Below, piece by piece: positions 19,315-20,000 of a DNA stretch of 20,000 nucleotides (its first letter is position 1; every line of letters begins with the position of its first letter). The DNA is from Peribolospora baueri (taxonomy: Eukaryota). Both the position numbers and the translations under genes were made by a program. The stretch covers positions 172,400 through 192,399 of the forward strand of contig JAMDHS010000040.1 of NCBI GenBank assembly GCA_029717555.1, read 5' to 3'. Under the pieces are notes generated by a model that made no database searches, had not been told where the DNA came from, and saw only the letters and a list, made by a program, of their open reading frames with translations.

Positions 19315-20000
19315 ATGAAGTCCTCCCCTCTTCTCTCCTTCGTGGCCCTGGCCTTGACCATCGCCGCTTCCCAGCCCTCAGTGGCTGCTCCTGCAGTAGC
19401 GCCGTTGACCAGGGTTAACCCGTCTTCCGCTGGGGTTGCTAGCCACGTCCATGTGGACAACGCGTCTTCGACCGACCCCTCTGGGAACAACACCCCTTCC
19501 GCCGACACCTCTTCGGCCGGCACCCCTGCGACCGATACCTCTTCGACCGATACCTCTTCGTCCGATAGCCCTTTGGCCAACACGCTTGGGACCGACACTG
19601 TGACCGCGGATTGGTACGGCAAGAAGAAAATAAACAAGGCCAAGAACAAAAACTTCAACCATGTTGATATCGATCAAAAACAGAAGACTGACGTTGACGT
19701 CGACGTTGACAACAAGAAGCAGTACAACAAGCGCGACGGCGAGAAAAAGATCAACAAAGCAACTAACGTCAACCACAACAAGGTCGACCTCGACAACGAA
19801 CAGAAGACTGACGTCGACGTCGACGTTGACAACAAGAATAAGCCCACCAAGCGCGACGGCGAGAAAAAGATCAAGATCAACAAAGCAACTAACGTCAACC
19901 ACAACAAGGTCGACCTCGACAACGAACAGAAGACTGACGTCGACGTCGACGTTGACAACAAGAATAAGCCCACCAAGCGCGACGGCGAGAAAAAGATCAA
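19315..20000 (+). CDS. Secreted Kex2-processed repeat protein (KEP-like precursor), 3'-truncated by the window edge; absent from the ORF track
   Basis: Open frame from ATG 19315 to the edge. It has a signal-peptide-like start MKSSPLLSFVALALTIAASQPSVAAP, a S/T/D-rich spacer, then 40-42-aa repeats each ending in KR, e.g. DGEKKINKATNVNHNKVDLDNEQKTDVDVDVDNKNKPTKR. Confidence 0.88.
   Translation, partial: MKSSPLLSFVALALTIAASQPSVAAPAVAPLTRVNPSSAGVASHVHVDNASSTDPSGNNTPSADTSSAGTPATDTSSTDTSSSDSPLANTLGTDTVTADWYGKKKINKAKNKNFNHVDIDQKQKTDVDVDVDNKKQYNKRDGEKKINKATNVNHNKVDLDNEQKTDVDVDVDNKNKPTKRDGEKKIKINKATNVNHNKVDLDNEQKTDVDVDVDNKNKPTKRDGEKKI
19471..19575 (+). repeat. Degenerate 15-bp coding tandem repeat (xDTSS-like pentapeptide)
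   Basis: accgatacctcttcg occurs twice exactly, plus diverged copies in the same 15-bp register. Confidence 0.75.
19615..20000 (+). repeat. 120/126-bp coding tandem repeat; units 19615-19734 (diverged), 19735-19854, 19855-19980, 19981->edge
   Basis: Units 2 and 3 are identical except for a 6-nt AAGATC duplication. Confidence 0.95.

Noticed and set aside
19194..20000. Hydrophobic repetitive minus-strand ORFs (19194-19658, 19378-19902, 19674-20000)
   Set aside because: Antisense shadows of the A-rich K/N/D repeat gene; the TATA box, ATG, signal peptide and KR sites all support the + strand.
19615..20000. Tandem repeats as a CRISPR array
   Set aside because: No unique spacers, units are 120-126 bp and in-frame coding, and the context is eukaryotic.
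13483..20000. DBR1-MED4-TIM23 as a processing cluster for the repeat peptide
   Set aside because: These are unrelated housekeeping genes, and no RiPP tailoring enzyme or transporter lies within the window. The right flank is not visible.

Overview
GC-rich, intron-containing eukaryotic DNA, most consistent with a basidiomycete fungus (inferred from gene families and GT-AG introns with CTRAY-type branch sites). Contents in order: an intron-containing tRNA-Ala(AGC) (-); a 9-exon fungal 7TM-like membrane protein gene with two micro-exons (+); an intronless OLE1 delta-9 desaturase/cytochrome b5 fusion (+); a 682-aa low-complexity ORF (+); a degenerate ~415-bp LSU rRNA fragment outside any rDNA array (-); DBR1 (-, 9 exons); MED4 (+, 3 exons); TIM23 (-, 4 exons); and the start of a secreted Kex2-type repeat precursor that the ORF track misses because it runs off the right edge. 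The precursor is the best candidate for an undescribed system. Its ~40-aa KR-delimited repeats alternate uncharged (N/Q/T/V/L/A) and mostly charged (K/D/E) residues over ~30 positions, suggesting self-assembling beta-sheet or functional-amyloid peptides. All exon models were read by eye and need RNA-seq confirmation.
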